A stretch of 37,346 nt of DNA, from positions 1-37,346 of the IMG/VR virus record IMGVR_UViG_3300037461_000323; one strand, written 5' to 3'. The position numbers and the translations under genes were made by a program. The notes under the pieces are model-generated. The model ran no database searches. It saw only the letters and a list, made by a program, of their open reading frames with translations, and was not told where the DNA came from. Source of the DNA: a virus. Its lineage: Duplodnaviria; Caudoviricetes. The first letter of the stretch is position 1. Each line of letters begins with the position of its first letter. This document shows positions 29,401 to 37,344 of the stretch, piece by piece.

Positions 29401-30539
29401 ACAACTACTTCTTTATCTATCTTGCCGTCGAAGTGGGTTACGGAGAGGGGGAGACTCTTGTGGCTGATTTTGAGGCAAGCACCCTGTTTGGTCAGCCGCC
29501 TCTTACAGTTCAGTTTACCAACCTGTCATCACCGTCAGCCACTTCGTTCTTGTGGGACTTTGGGGACGGGGGTATTTCCACACAAGAAAATCCGTCGCAT
29601 ACCTACTACGAAGAAGGGACGTTCGCTGTTACGCTTACCGTAAGTGACGGCACCAACGAAGCGACGAAGGTTGAAGTTGCGTACATAACGACGCTTATAG
29701 ATCTCGGCGCATCCGGAGTTCCCTTTATTATCGGACCTTATAAGTTCCGTATTGACTCCGGAGTAACGTCCCCAATTGTGTATAGCCACCCGGAAGATGA
29801 GGAGGCAGGCACAGTCGTTCTCCCGTCCGGCTCTTCCGGAACAGTCTATATCCCCGAAAGAGCGGCCGCGCCTGTTCCGCGCGCAGGACACTCTTCCCTG
29901 TGGGTCGATTCAGAAACGAAGCAGCTAGTAATGACCACTTACGATGGAGTTTCTTACGCAATACCGGCGATAGAGATTATTCCGGAAGGGGGTGGCGGAG
30001 ATCCGCCAGTGCTAGAGGCTATAGACGTGTCGTCAACCATAGAGAACGGGAATAGGGATGCTCAGCAAGACGGGGCAACGGTCAGTGTGTCGTCAACCAG
30101 AATAAACCAAGGCTCACTTAACCAGCTTGCGATATTCATCTTCCCGCTCGATGTGCCTAACGGGGCTTCTATTCAGTCCGCTAGTGTCAACTGGAACTTC
30201 ACGAATGAAGAATTTTCGACACCGGACATCACGATTCGCGGACAAGCAGCCGGTAATGCCGCAGACGCAACGACCGCAAACAACGATATATCCTCTCGCC
30301 CGACAACAGACAGCTTCGTTACGTGGGTTGTCACGGAACCTCTCGGCACCGGGGGCAAGAGTTCTCCTGATATAAAGTCTATCATTCAAGAGATCGTCAG
30401 TCGGCCGGACTGGGTTCAAGGAAACAAGGTCGCTATTATCACAAGCGTGAATCAATCGTCTTCAAAAATGCGCGTCAACGCCTATGAGGCTGCCGGAGAG
30501 AAGTCGCACCTGAATGTGAGATACGTGAACTATGGGTAG
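26460..30539 (+). CDS. Tailspike/receptor-binding protein: parallel beta-helix, two PKD domains, C-terminal beta-sandwich (1359 aa)
   Basis: True start is likely ATG 26460 (AAGGAG upstream, TAATG overlap). YYV...GNGSSGNPFKDINAA...PGDTIRVRPGKY, PDIGAWEY, PKD motifs WYFGDG and WDFGDG. Confidence 0.8.
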   Translation: MATYYVQAGVGSGGNGSSGNPFKDINAADAAASPGDTIRVRPGKYASGQAIYTNNTTWLADTPSNRPVIDGGYHIGLAVKTFNGQKNAMPAPTGSTTCLRIKGDNVTVDGFVCQNSEYHGIGISGDNVTVKNCTTYFTYVNGIFSNANKPGGTIGLTIENCQIYMASIRYTAGPTGAGPTGEAGQQGGAGMLLGDMRPPVHVNGLTVGYCFGEGLDIDKGSRGTEQNPLLFENLRLFNCNHTPLYFNRTAWVVVRNFVSYFTDVGITVHGGEKGLANVCLRVKDETEKSGVRTENIAIYNGIVVNGGGLISWGGGSGTNDMNGARVTETRNFYLGHVTAVVGPHADQPAILIGANPGREQQGLLENCIFDNSIGENFPLSKTSGTVKVVTRNNNWHTPPSSYFAEPTNVVGSPGLVNPTKVLRTTGYPNPNAVNYSQFNPTDNFNANDYRPTAQSPGINKGSTAGSAGGTTVPSQARQKDYGGANRSGVPDIGAWEYGGVIVDPPDGEVFALFSASDTSVLVGETVSFTDNSSATGDASISKRTWYFGDGATSSATNPTHTYNQPGSYVVRLVVEDTSLFLSSEYQVTINVDTAVSPPGGGVVFATARVVLPTTSTAGQTITAPELDGLVPKSARLYLTRTTANNTAVSGEMLSIGFFADAGQSGGGTKGNAISTSTKHGSAATVAKTFMGSESGMILSDPDFGAFGAMYHVEWVPNGMVVSYSVVPGYEEPFLLTVVFCAGNQYHARVIETELNNTGVAPIISPGFSADVATFLSSSRYIAINDQDSIMSIGYADRNGNSAAVMRYAGSGISPIRYTESLNGSEVSRRPSGDGYSIVKVQSFTSAGVTLEVTENDFNAPIAVLMESFGESRAKVGVTNAQAAANVLGWQPQYIEHVVTWRGAEGIGSNNKAGTIGVHVAVDGEEYTNLISGRHNVTPAESRGMTSDSITVLNNIGTVSARGTTSFSGTGYSYNWTTGPYDNYFFIYLAVEVGYGEGETLVADFEASTLFGQPPLTVQFTNLSSPSATSFLWDFGDGGISTQENPSHTYYEEGTFAVTLTVSDGTNEATKVEVAYITTLIDLGASGVPFIIGPYKFRIDSGVTSPIVYSHPEDEEAGTVVLPSGSSGTVYIPERAAAPVPRAGHSSLWVDSETKQLVMTTYDGVSYAIPAIEIIPEGGGGDPPVLEAIDVSSTIENGNRDAQQDGATVSVSSTRINQGSLNQLAIFIFPLDVPNGASIQSASVNWNFTNEEFSTPDITIRGQAAGNAADATTANNDISSRPTTDSFVTWVVTEPLGTGGKSSPDIKSIIQEIVSRPDWVQGNKVAIITSVNQSSSKMRVNAYEAAGEKSHLNVRYVNYG

Positions 30540-31095
30540 TTACAACTCATCGATAGCCCAATCCACAGACGACGCCCGTATGTCAGATACCGGGGTGATG
30601 AACCTGAACGGAGCAAATATAAACGCGGGTGTCGCTGATGTCAAGTTCGGTTTTGTTTACCAAGATGTCACTATTCCACCCGGATCTACCATCACATCAT
30701 GTGTCATGGACGTCTACCTACCGAATGCGTCGTACGACGATCCGAATCTGATAATACAGATGGAGGCAGCGGATACCGTATCCACATTTGGATCTAATAA
30801 CTACAACATGGATAGGCCGCTCACCACTTCGTATGTCATATGGAATCAGTCATCCATTGGAACCGGGTGGATACAGACCCCTGACTTCGCGAGTGTTTTG
30901 CAGGATGTAATCGACCGCCCCGGATGGGCAAGCGGGAACGACATCTCGGTGATAATGACGTCCCTTTCTGGTTGTAATGTCCGTATAAACGCTTATGATA
31001 ACGGAAACAGCACTCAGGCCGCGCTAAGTGTTGTCTACAGTGAAGGTGGTGGGCTAAATAGTAAGATGGCGCACTACAGAAGGATGAGACGATAA
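30532..31095 (+). CDS. Stand-alone paralogue of the C-terminal domain of the preceding protein
   Basis: IPPGSTIT...TPDFASVLQDVIDRPGWASGN...VRINAYD versus VPNGASIQ...SPDIKSIIQEIVSRPDWVQGN...MRVNAYE. Confidence 0.75.
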   Translation: MGSYNSSIAQSTDDARMSDTGVMNLNGANINAGVADVKFGFVYQDVTIPPGSTITSCVMDVYLPNASYDDPNLIIQMEAADTVSTFGSNNYNMDRPLTTSYVIWNQSSIGTGWIQTPDFASVLQDVIDRPGWASGNDISVIMTSLSGCNVRINAYDNGNSTQAALSVVYSEGGGLNSKMAHYRRMRR

Positions 31096-31122
31096 CGCTA
31101 AGCACAAGTATGGAGAAACAGC

Positions 31123-31401
31123 ATGTCAAAACCAGATGTGATCATGAGGGAGTACAGAAGGAGATCTACCGCCTTGCTCGACGCGCTCGGTGATGTCAAT
31201 GACGTTCTGTCTGTCGTTGAGGGGGTCGCATCTGACGATGCTGGCCGCCAAGCCTTTTTCGCGGGATTTTTTACGGAGTTCCCGGATTACGACATGAGCG
31301 CTGCGACATTCTTTGATAGCGTAGTCAAGTGGCGAGAGCTTAGGACGTGGATACAGACCGCAGCTAATTTCGTTCCGATAAATCAGACTCGTACGGACTA
31401 A
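31123..31401 (+). CDS. Hypothetical protein
   Basis: GGAG RBS, fills the operon gap. Confidence 0.7.
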   Translation: MSKPDVIMREYRRRSTALLDALGDVNDVLSVVEGVASDDAGRQAFFAGFFTEFPDYDMSAATFFDSVVKWRELRTWIQTAANFVPINQTRTD

Positions 31402-31406
31402 GTCAT

Positions 31407-34304
31407 ATGGACGGCTTTCTCAGGCAGAGCACAGCGGTAACGATTAAGATCGGCCCGTTTATTGATGACACGGACGGGAAGTCACCAGAAGATGGTCTGA
31501 CGATTTCCCAATCCGATGTGAGGGTATCCAAGAATGGCGGAGACATGGCCAGTAAGTCTAGTGCGGCTTCGTGTACCCATGATGAGATTGGATACTATAA
31601 CTGCGCGCTGGATACAACGGATACCGGAACGCTAGGTATCCTAGAGGTGGCCGTCCATGAGTCCGGATCCCTGCCGGTATGGCATCGATTTATGGTTATG
31701 CCAGCGAATGTATGGGATTCTATGTTCGGGGCAGACAGGCTACAGGTTCATACGGCCGAGATAACAAGTGGTCTTATAACTTCGTCCGTCTTGGCCGCTG
31801 GCGCAATAACGGCAGCCACTATAGCCACAGACGCAATCGATGGGGATGCAATCGCATCCAGCGCGGTGACTGAAATTCAATCCGGTCTGGCTACAGCATC
31901 CAGCATCTCAACTCTCGCCGGATATGTGGATACAGAAGTGGCTGCCATCCTTGCTGCCGTGGACACAGAAGTGGCGGCGATCAAGGCCAAGACTGACTTG
32001 ATCCCGGCTTCCCCCGCATCCACGGGGGATATCCCCACGGCTGGCGCTGTGGCGGACGCCGTATGGGATGAGGCGATCTCCGGTCACTTGGGCGCTGGCT
32101 CAGCGGGTAACGCTTTGAACACGGCCGGGTCCGCAGGAGATCCGTGGACAACTCCTCTGCCGGGTGCGTACGGTGCCGGAACGGCTGGAAACATCTTGGG
32201 TAATCGTCTGGATGTAGCTGTTGGCACGAGACTGGCCACAGCCGGATACACCGCGCCACTGGATGCGGCCGGTGTTCGCGGGGCTGTCGGGTTGGCTAGT
32301 GCTAACCTTGATACCCAACTCACGAACATCGATAACTTCATCGATACCGAAGTCGCCGCCATCTTGGCTGCGGTTGACACCGAAGTCGCCGCCATCAAGG
32401 CTAAGACTGACAATCTCCCCGCCGCACCTGCGGCGGTAGGCTCAGCCATGACCTTGGCCGCAGGCGCTATCACGGCCGCTGTCATTGCCACAGACGCCAT
32501 CGATGGGGACGCCATCGCAGCGACAGCCGTCACGGAGATTCAATCCGGGCTGGCCACGGCCGCCAGCATCACCACGCTGACGGGCTACGTTGACACAGAG
32601 GTAGCCGCCATCAAGGCGAAGACGGATAACCTACCAGCTTCACCTGCGGCGACGGGGGACATCCCGACAGCGGCCACTATAGCTGACGCGGTATGGGATG
32701 AGGCTATCGCCGGACACGTGGCCGCAGGTAGCTTCGGGTCTGAGGCCCAGTCCCATGCCACCACATCTGACCTTTCAACTCTGGCCACAGCGGCCGCTCT
32801 GGCTACAGTGGACTCTAACGTTGATACCATCCTAGCGGCTGTGGATACAGAGATAGCCGCCATCAAGGCCAAGACCGACAATCTCCCTGCTTCACCTGCG
32901 GCGACGGGGGACATCCCAACTGCGGCCACTGTGGCCGATGCTGTGTGGGATGAAGTCCTGTCCGGACACCTGACAGCGGGTAGCACGGGCAGCGCGCTCA
33001 ATGCGGCCGGTAGTGCTGGAGATCCGTGGGCCACAACTCTCCCCGGTGCCTATGGTGCCGGGACGGCCGGTAAGATAATCGGTGACAACCTTGATGCTCA
33101 GGTGAGCACCCGTCTGGCGACAGCCGGGTACACAGCGCCACTGGGTGCGGCCGGAGTCAGAGGTGCAGTTGGCTTGGCCAGCGCGAATCTGGACACTCAG
33201 CTAAGCGGACTCAGCACGCTTGATTCGACGGACGTTCAAACGGCCGCCGAAGCGGCACTGACGGCTTATGACGCAGCTACTCCTGCTGACCTTTCGACTC
33301 TGGCCACAGCGGCCGCTGTGGCTACGGTAGACAGTAACGTCGATTCCATCCTGACGGCCGTGGATACTGAAGTAGCGGCAATCAAGGGTGTAACAGATAA
33401 GCTGGACACGGCGCTTGAGTTGGATGGCGCGGAATACCGTCTGACCGCTAACGCGCTTGAGCAAGCGCCGTCCGCTGGTGGTGGCACGGCCGACTGGACA
33501 GAAGGGGAGAAGGAACAGATCAGGCACCGTCTCGGACTTGACGGTGCGTCTGACGAGCCAACGGCCGCCCCGTCCCTGTCAACAGCAATCGACTTAGCGG
33601 CCGCACTCGACGACTTAGCCGCCATCAAGGCAAAGACGGATAACATTCCTGATGATCCGGCATCCGATACCACTCCGGTCAGTCTCTCCGCAGGGGCGAT
33701 ATCTGACGTTACGGAAGCGGTCGATAATGTAATCGTGGCTCACCGGCTCAATGAGCTTCTTTCGGGAAGTGTATCCGGGCCGCTCGAAGAAACGAGCCTC
33801 TTTGGAATGTTGACGGAACACTCCTCTGGAGGAGACATCCAGTTCACCCCGATAGCGCTTGAGGACTCAGCAAGAGACTGGACAGCGGTGGAGAAAGAGC
33901 AGATCCGCTACCGGCTTGGCTTGGACGGGGATATGACTACCCCCGTGGCCACGGCCGACCTTCCCGCTCAGGTGTGGAAGGAGTCATTAGCCGGACCGTT
34001 CTCCGCTGGACCGGCCGGGGATACGGTGAACGACATCATGTCCACTGTCGGGGCAATCGGCTCACCCACCGGAGTCGGCGCGGTAGAGACGATCTACACC
34101 GTAAAGGACAACGATGGTGACCCGATACCGGATGTGGATGTTTGGGTGTCCGCGAACTCAGACGGCGGAACAGTCGTGGCGCGCGGCCGGACTAACGCTA
34201 GTGGAGAGGTGACTTTCTGGCTGGACTCCGGCACGTACTACGCTTGGAGACAGAAGAACGGATGGAACTTCACGAACCCGACTACCTTTACAGTGTCGGA
34301 GTAA
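31407..34304 (+). CDS. Repeat-rich Ala/Thr/Asp fibre-like virion protein
   Basis: Repeated DTEVAAIKAKTD, ADAVWDE and GSAGDPW-LPGAYGAGTAG. C-terminal carboxypeptidase-regulatory-like fold (DGDPIPDVDVWV...GRTNASGEVTF). Confidence 0.7.
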   Translation: MDGFLRQSTAVTIKIGPFIDDTDGKSPEDGLTISQSDVRVSKNGGDMASKSSAASCTHDEIGYYNCALDTTDTGTLGILEVAVHESGSLPVWHRFMVMPANVWDSMFGADRLQVHTAEITSGLITSSVLAAGAITAATIATDAIDGDAIASSAVTEIQSGLATASSISTLAGYVDTEVAAILAAVDTEVAAIKAKTDLIPASPASTGDIPTAGAVADAVWDEAISGHLGAGSAGNALNTAGSAGDPWTTPLPGAYGAGTAGNILGNRLDVAVGTRLATAGYTAPLDAAGVRGAVGLASANLDTQLTNIDNFIDTEVAAILAAVDTEVAAIKAKTDNLPAAPAAVGSAMTLAAGAITAAVIATDAIDGDAIAATAVTEIQSGLATAASITTLTGYVDTEVAAIKAKTDNLPASPAATGDIPTAATIADAVWDEAIAGHVAAGSFGSEAQSHATTSDLSTLATAAALATVDSNVDTILAAVDTEIAAIKAKTDNLPASPAATGDIPTAATVADAVWDEVLSGHLTAGSTGSALNAAGSAGDPWATTLPGAYGAGTAGKIIGDNLDAQVSTRLATAGYTAPLGAAGVRGAVGLASANLDTQLSGLSTLDSTDVQTAAEAALTAYDAATPADLSTLATAAAVATVDSNVDSILTAVDTEVAAIKGVTDKLDTALELDGAEYRLTANALEQAPSAGGGTADWTEGEKEQIRHRLGLDGASDEPTAAPSLSTAIDLAAALDDLAAIKAKTDNIPDDPASDTTPVSLSAGAISDVTEAVDNVIVAHRLNELLSGSVSGPLEETSLFGMLTEHSSGGDIQFTPIALEDSARDWTAVEKEQIRYRLGLDGDMTTPVATADLPAQVWKESLAGPFSAGPAGDTVNDIMSTVGAIGSPTGVGAVETIYTVKDNDGDPIPDVDVWVSANSDGGTVVARGRTNASGEVTFWLDSGTYYAWRQKNGWNFTNPTTFTVSE
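31790..33650 (+). repeat. Degenerate in-frame coding repeats
   Basis: About six copies of (DTE)xAAIKAKTD-like units, plus a duplicated block of about 65 aa near 32127 and 33009. Confidence 0.85.
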
Positions 34305-34406
34305 TGTGGTAATATCCTGTTGTCGCTTATTGATCTATGTCTCCTGTAATGGTTGTGTAGTAAATGGATTCACAAAAGGGCTGCTGGAACAGGCAGCCCT
34401 TTTGTG
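34287..34406 (+). ncRNA. Candidate small RNA transcription unit (about 85 nt)
   Basis: TTTACA-17 bp-TAATAT with TG extension, non-coding body containing TCTCCT, ending at the terminator. Confidence 0.4.
34371..34406. terminator. Bidirectional intrinsic terminator between convergent operons
   Basis: CACAAAAGGGCTGC-8 nt-GCAGCCCTTTTGTG is a perfect 14-bp inverted repeat with A and T tracts. Confidence 0.9.
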
Positions 34407-34412
34407 TTTCTG

Positions 34413-34655
34413 CTAGACGGGTTCTTTCTTGAAGATCTCCTTATGCGCTTTCGCCATCAAGTCGTGGATGCTTGGCGCGGAGAAGAACGAAGTCACTCCG
34501 GAGTGATCGTCTGTGTATAACATCCAGACGGTTCCGGATTGCGTAGACCCCATCTCTATCTTCCGCGCGGCCTGAAGAATCCCCGCTAGTGCGTCTAGCG
34601 TGATGTACATCCCGGCGAATATAAGATCCTTGTCCTTATCGCTTACCACTGGCAT
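34413..34655 (-). CDS. Hypothetical protein
   Basis: 80 aa, overlaps the primase stop, ends just before the terminator. Confidence 0.7.
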   Translation of the reverse strand: MPVVSDKDKDLIFAGMYITLDALAGILQAARKIEMGSTQSGTVWMLYTDDHSGVTSFFSAPSIHDLMAKAHKEIFKKEPV

Positions 34656-35502
34656 GGGCGTTCCCCTTTGTCCACCCGCCCTGCTTGGCGAAGTGGAATA
34701 GTGTCCCGACGCTTACCTTACAGTCATCGGGAAATCCCCTGAACTTTTCCTCAACCTCTCCGGGCTGGCCGGGAGACCACTCCTCAACGAGAGAGACCCC
34801 GGTGTCTCCGGGATAGACGGAATGCACGGCCATCAGAACGCGCACCCAATCCTGATAGTCCATCACCTTCGGAACGAACTTGAGAGCACCCCGGATATCA
34901 TCGACGCTGATCGCCCCGCTCTGGCCACTCCCGTATGAAGGCCGCTCTCTCTTCGGCGGCGGCGGTGGAGAATACTCCATGTACAGGGCACACAGTTCGT
35001 CAGACCTCTCTTCCAGTGTTTCTGGTAGCCGTGGTAGTCCGTAGTTCTCAGCGCGGAAGAGACGGCCGGTCACGGTCAGGCCGTGCTTGTTCGCGTACAT
35101 CTCATACCCGGTCTGAGGCTGGTGGACATTCCCCGGAACCTTGCCGACACAGAAGATGTGCAGGCCGGTCCCGGATGGAGAATACTCAGTCCGGGACCGG
35201 AGTAGATTGACGATCCTCACGGCCATCGTGTTCGGCACGCCGTTGGCGGAGATGCAGTTATCCAGATCCACGCCGACAACGCCGCTCTCCTCAGTATGAA
35301 CGAACGTAATACCATCGAAGCCCATCCGATTCTTTGCGGCCCAAGCCTCACGCGCCGTGGCCCACGTCGATGGATCGTTGAACTTCGCATTGTGGCCGGT
35401 CATCGGGTTCTTCGGAACCTTACGCGGCTTGCGTAATTCTCCGGCGTACACGGACTTCCAGCACACCCACTGTGGGATAGACTTCCACTCTTCGACATTC
35501 AT
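34636..35502 (-). CDS. AEP primase-polymerase (NrS-1-like) with PriCT-2 domain
   Basis: QWVCWK, KVPKNP, DPSTW, GVDLD, EYSPSGTGLHIF, TVTG. C-terminal DYQDWVRVLMAVH...GTLFHFAKQGGW. Confidence 0.88.
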   Translation of the reverse strand: MNVEEWKSIPQWVCWKSVYAGELRKPRKVPKNPMTGHNAKFNDPSTWATAREAWAAKNRMGFDGITFVHTEESGVVGVDLDNCISANGVPNTMAVRIVNLLRSRTEYSPSGTGLHIFCVGKVPGNVHQPQTGYEMYANKHGLTVTGRLFRAENYGLPRLPETLEERSDELCALYMEYSPPPPPKRERPSYGSGQSGAISVDDIRGALKFVPKVMDYQDWVRVLMAVHSVYPGDTGVSLVEEWSPGQPGEVEEKFRGFPDDCKVSVGTLFHFAKQGGWTKGNAHASGKR

Positions 35503-35522
35503 GGGAACACCTCTCTATTTCG

Positions 35523-35873
35523 TTAGCCTGTTGTCTGGTCTGTCCACCCGTGTCCACCAGCCAACTTCCGCGCAAGAATATCGCGTAAGTCATCGACGCT
35601 AAACCCGAACAGCCACGCCATCAAGGAGATGTAGTAGAACAGATCGGCCAGTTCGTCCATCATCTCAAGCGCCGTGGGGAACACGTTCGGCTTGTACAGG
35701 TACTTCTTGACGAGTTCGGAGAACTCACCGGCCTCACCCGTAATGCCAAGGGTCAGGTGAACAAGCTGCTCATCGAACGGCTCATCCTTATCTCTCCACG
35801 TCTTCAGGAATTGTTCCTGAAAGACATCGGGCGGCTTATGCCCTGATACCCTGCTAGATTTTCCTTTGCTCAT
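35523..35873 (-). CDS. MazG-like nucleotide pyrophosphohydrolase
   Basis: LGITGEAGEFSELVKK...DELADLFYY. Confidence 0.88.
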   Translation of the reverse strand: MSKGKSSRVSGHKPPDVFQEQFLKTWRDKDEPFDEQLVHLTLGITGEAGEFSELVKKYLYKPNVFPTALEMMDELADLFYYISLMAWLFGFSVDDLRDILARKLAGGHGWTDQTTG

Positions 35874-36487
35874 ATCATTTCTACCAGACCGCTGATATTG
35901 TTCCAGTCATACACGTCATCCACACGGATGATACCCATGTGGGCGAATGTCGCCTTCAGGTTTCTCGTGTGCTGGCTACAGAACTCCCGGCCAGCAACCC
36001 AGAACTTTCTGGCATGGCTGCACTGGTCAATCGTTCCGCTTGTCCAGTGACGCACGGCCTTTTCGCACTTGTCACCTCTGACAGTGGAATACCTGCCTAT
36101 CCACTCCCTCTTGTTGATGTAATCGGCCGCTATCAGCATGTACAGATCTTCCGGCACCGGCTTAAGCATCTCCTCTTCCCTGTCAGAGATCGTGACCGTG
36201 ACGTGCTGGCCGTCTCTCTCAAGCAGGAGTGCGCCGATATCGATGCTGCCGACAACCAGAGCGGGACGCCTTGCAACCTGATAGGGCGTGTCGCCACGAC
36301 CGAACGCCGTAACCCACGGCCCTTCGGCCGAGACACCGAAGCTGGTCCGCACGTATGCCGTACCCTTGAACGGGTTGGACAGCATGGAGTTCAGGAGATC
36401 CCGGCCGTCTATCCTGATAGTCTCATACTCGTTAGACGGTGGTGCGGGATCTCCTACCGTGACTTCTCCGCTGAATTGAATCAACAT
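35870..36487 (-). CDS. Hypothetical protein with C-terminal Cys/His cluster
   Basis: GAGGTGA RBS. C...QCSH...FCSQH. ATGA overlap with the MazG-like gene. Confidence 0.7.
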   Translation of the reverse strand: MLIQFSGEVTVGDPAPPSNEYETIRIDGRDLLNSMLSNPFKGTAYVRTSFGVSAEGPWVTAFGRGDTPYQVARRPALVVGSIDIGALLLERDGQHVTVTISDREEEMLKPVPEDLYMLIAADYINKREWIGRYSTVRGDKCEKAVRHWTSGTIDQCSHARKFWVAGREFCSQHTRNLKATFAHMGIIRVDDVYDWNNISGLVEMI

Positions 36488-36495
36488 ATCTCACC

Positions 36496-36613
36496 TCATT
36501 TGTCGAACTTGGTCATCACCACCATGACGGTGCGGACATCTGTGCCTGAGTCCTTGAAGGTTCCTTCCGGCAGATCTGCGATGAACCCGGCATTCTTCAC
36601 TTTTCGTAACCAT
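36496..36613 (-). pseudogene. Remnant of a DNA adenine methyltransferase C-terminus
   Basis: Translates ...FIADLPEGTFKDSGTDVRTVMVVMTKFDK*. No SAM-binding or NPPY/F motif upstream. The RBS-linked ATG (36613) is out of frame. Confidence 0.55.
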
Positions 36614-36625
36614 AGTTTCACACTC

Positions 36626-36799
36626 CTAAAATTCTGAATCGTCTTTGTACGGGAACTCTAGGCTCTTTGAGAATCCCCTAACAATACGCCGGATAAGCCT
36701 GTACGCGAAGTACAGGATAACCAGCAAGAGAAGGATGCCAGACAGGACAACTCTGGCATCAGTCTCAGGCTGGCGAATAATCGTGACGGCGGCCATCAT
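36626..36799 (-). CDS. Small single-pass membrane protein (57 aa, not in ORF track)
   Basis: MMAAVTIIRQPETDARVVLSGILLLLVILYFAYRLIRRIVRG... with an ATGA overlap with the upstream gene. Confidence 0.65.
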   Translation of the reverse strand: MMAAVTIIRQPETDARVVLSGILLLLVILYFAYRLIRRIVRGFSKSLEFPYKDDSEF

Positions 36800-37164
36800 T
36801 GCCACATCGTGTCCTTGTCGATGGCCGCCATCGTCTCAGTGATAAGCTCGTGGGGTGCCCACTGGTACACCTCAAGCATGGACGGATCGCACGCCTCTGA
36901 ATTGGCTGTCGTGCGTAACACTCCGGCGAACTCCTCTCCCATCTTCTCAGGGTTGTAGAAGTACCGGCAAAACACCACCGTGCTCACCTGCCCACTCGGC
37001 CAGCGTGCCTCATTGACGCTAGTCACAAACCCGTACTGGATGTCCGGGTGACTGTCGTCACCGGCCGCGTGAGTCGGGGTGTACTTAACCTGTGTTCCCG
37101 CTGGCCAGTCAGGGTGGTCCCTGCGGGAAGTAATCTTCACATCAATCGATGCACGGTCTGCCAT
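36796..37164 (-). CDS. Hypothetical protein
   Basis: 122 aa, AGGAAGGTGA upstream, coupled to neighbouring genes. Confidence 0.7.
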   Translation of the reverse strand: MADRASIDVKITSRRDHPDWPAGTQVKYTPTHAAGDDSHPDIQYGFVTSVNEARWPSGQVSTVVFCRYFYNPEKMGEEFAGVLRTTANSEACDPSMLEVYQWAPHELITETMAAIDKDTMWQ

Positions 37165-37167
37165 ATG

Positions 37168-37344
37168 TCACCTTCCTGAATTTGTTATTGTGTACTCACC
37201 ATCAATGGTGTCGTCATCAACGGCCTGCACCGGCTGGCGCGCGAGTTCGATGGCTTGCAACACCTTGATGAAGTCGTACATGATGTCCACAATCGTCGGC
37301 GCTGGCGCTCTCAACGGCTGAGGGGTGCTTGCCTGCTGAGGCGG
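37168..37344 (-). CDS. 3' end of a hypothetical protein (truncated by window edge)
   Basis: Open frame PPQQASTPQP...DDDTIDGEYTITNSGR* ending 3 nt before the next ATG. Confidence 0.55.
   Translation of the reverse strand, partial: PPQQASTPQPLRAPAPTIVDIMYDFIKVLQAIELARQPVQAVDDDTIDGEYTITNSGR

Noticed and set aside
31790-33650. Possible CRISPR array or DGR template/variable repeat
   Set aside because: The repeats are in-frame and differ mainly at synonymous positions rather than only at adenines. There are no constant repeat-spacer units and no reverse transcriptase in the window.
279-33821. Numerous minus-strand ORFs of 60-250 aa in the structural region
   Set aside because: All lie opposite well-supported genes, as expected in GC-rich coding DNA.
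36491-36613. 40-aa ORF MVTKSEECRVHRR... from the RBS-linked ATG
   Set aside because: Composition looks like off-frame translation. The alternative frame carries the methyltransferase-like motif.
35939-36637. 232-aa plus-strand ORF
   Set aside because: Antisense shadow of coupled minus-strand genes with good RBSs. No recognisable motifs.
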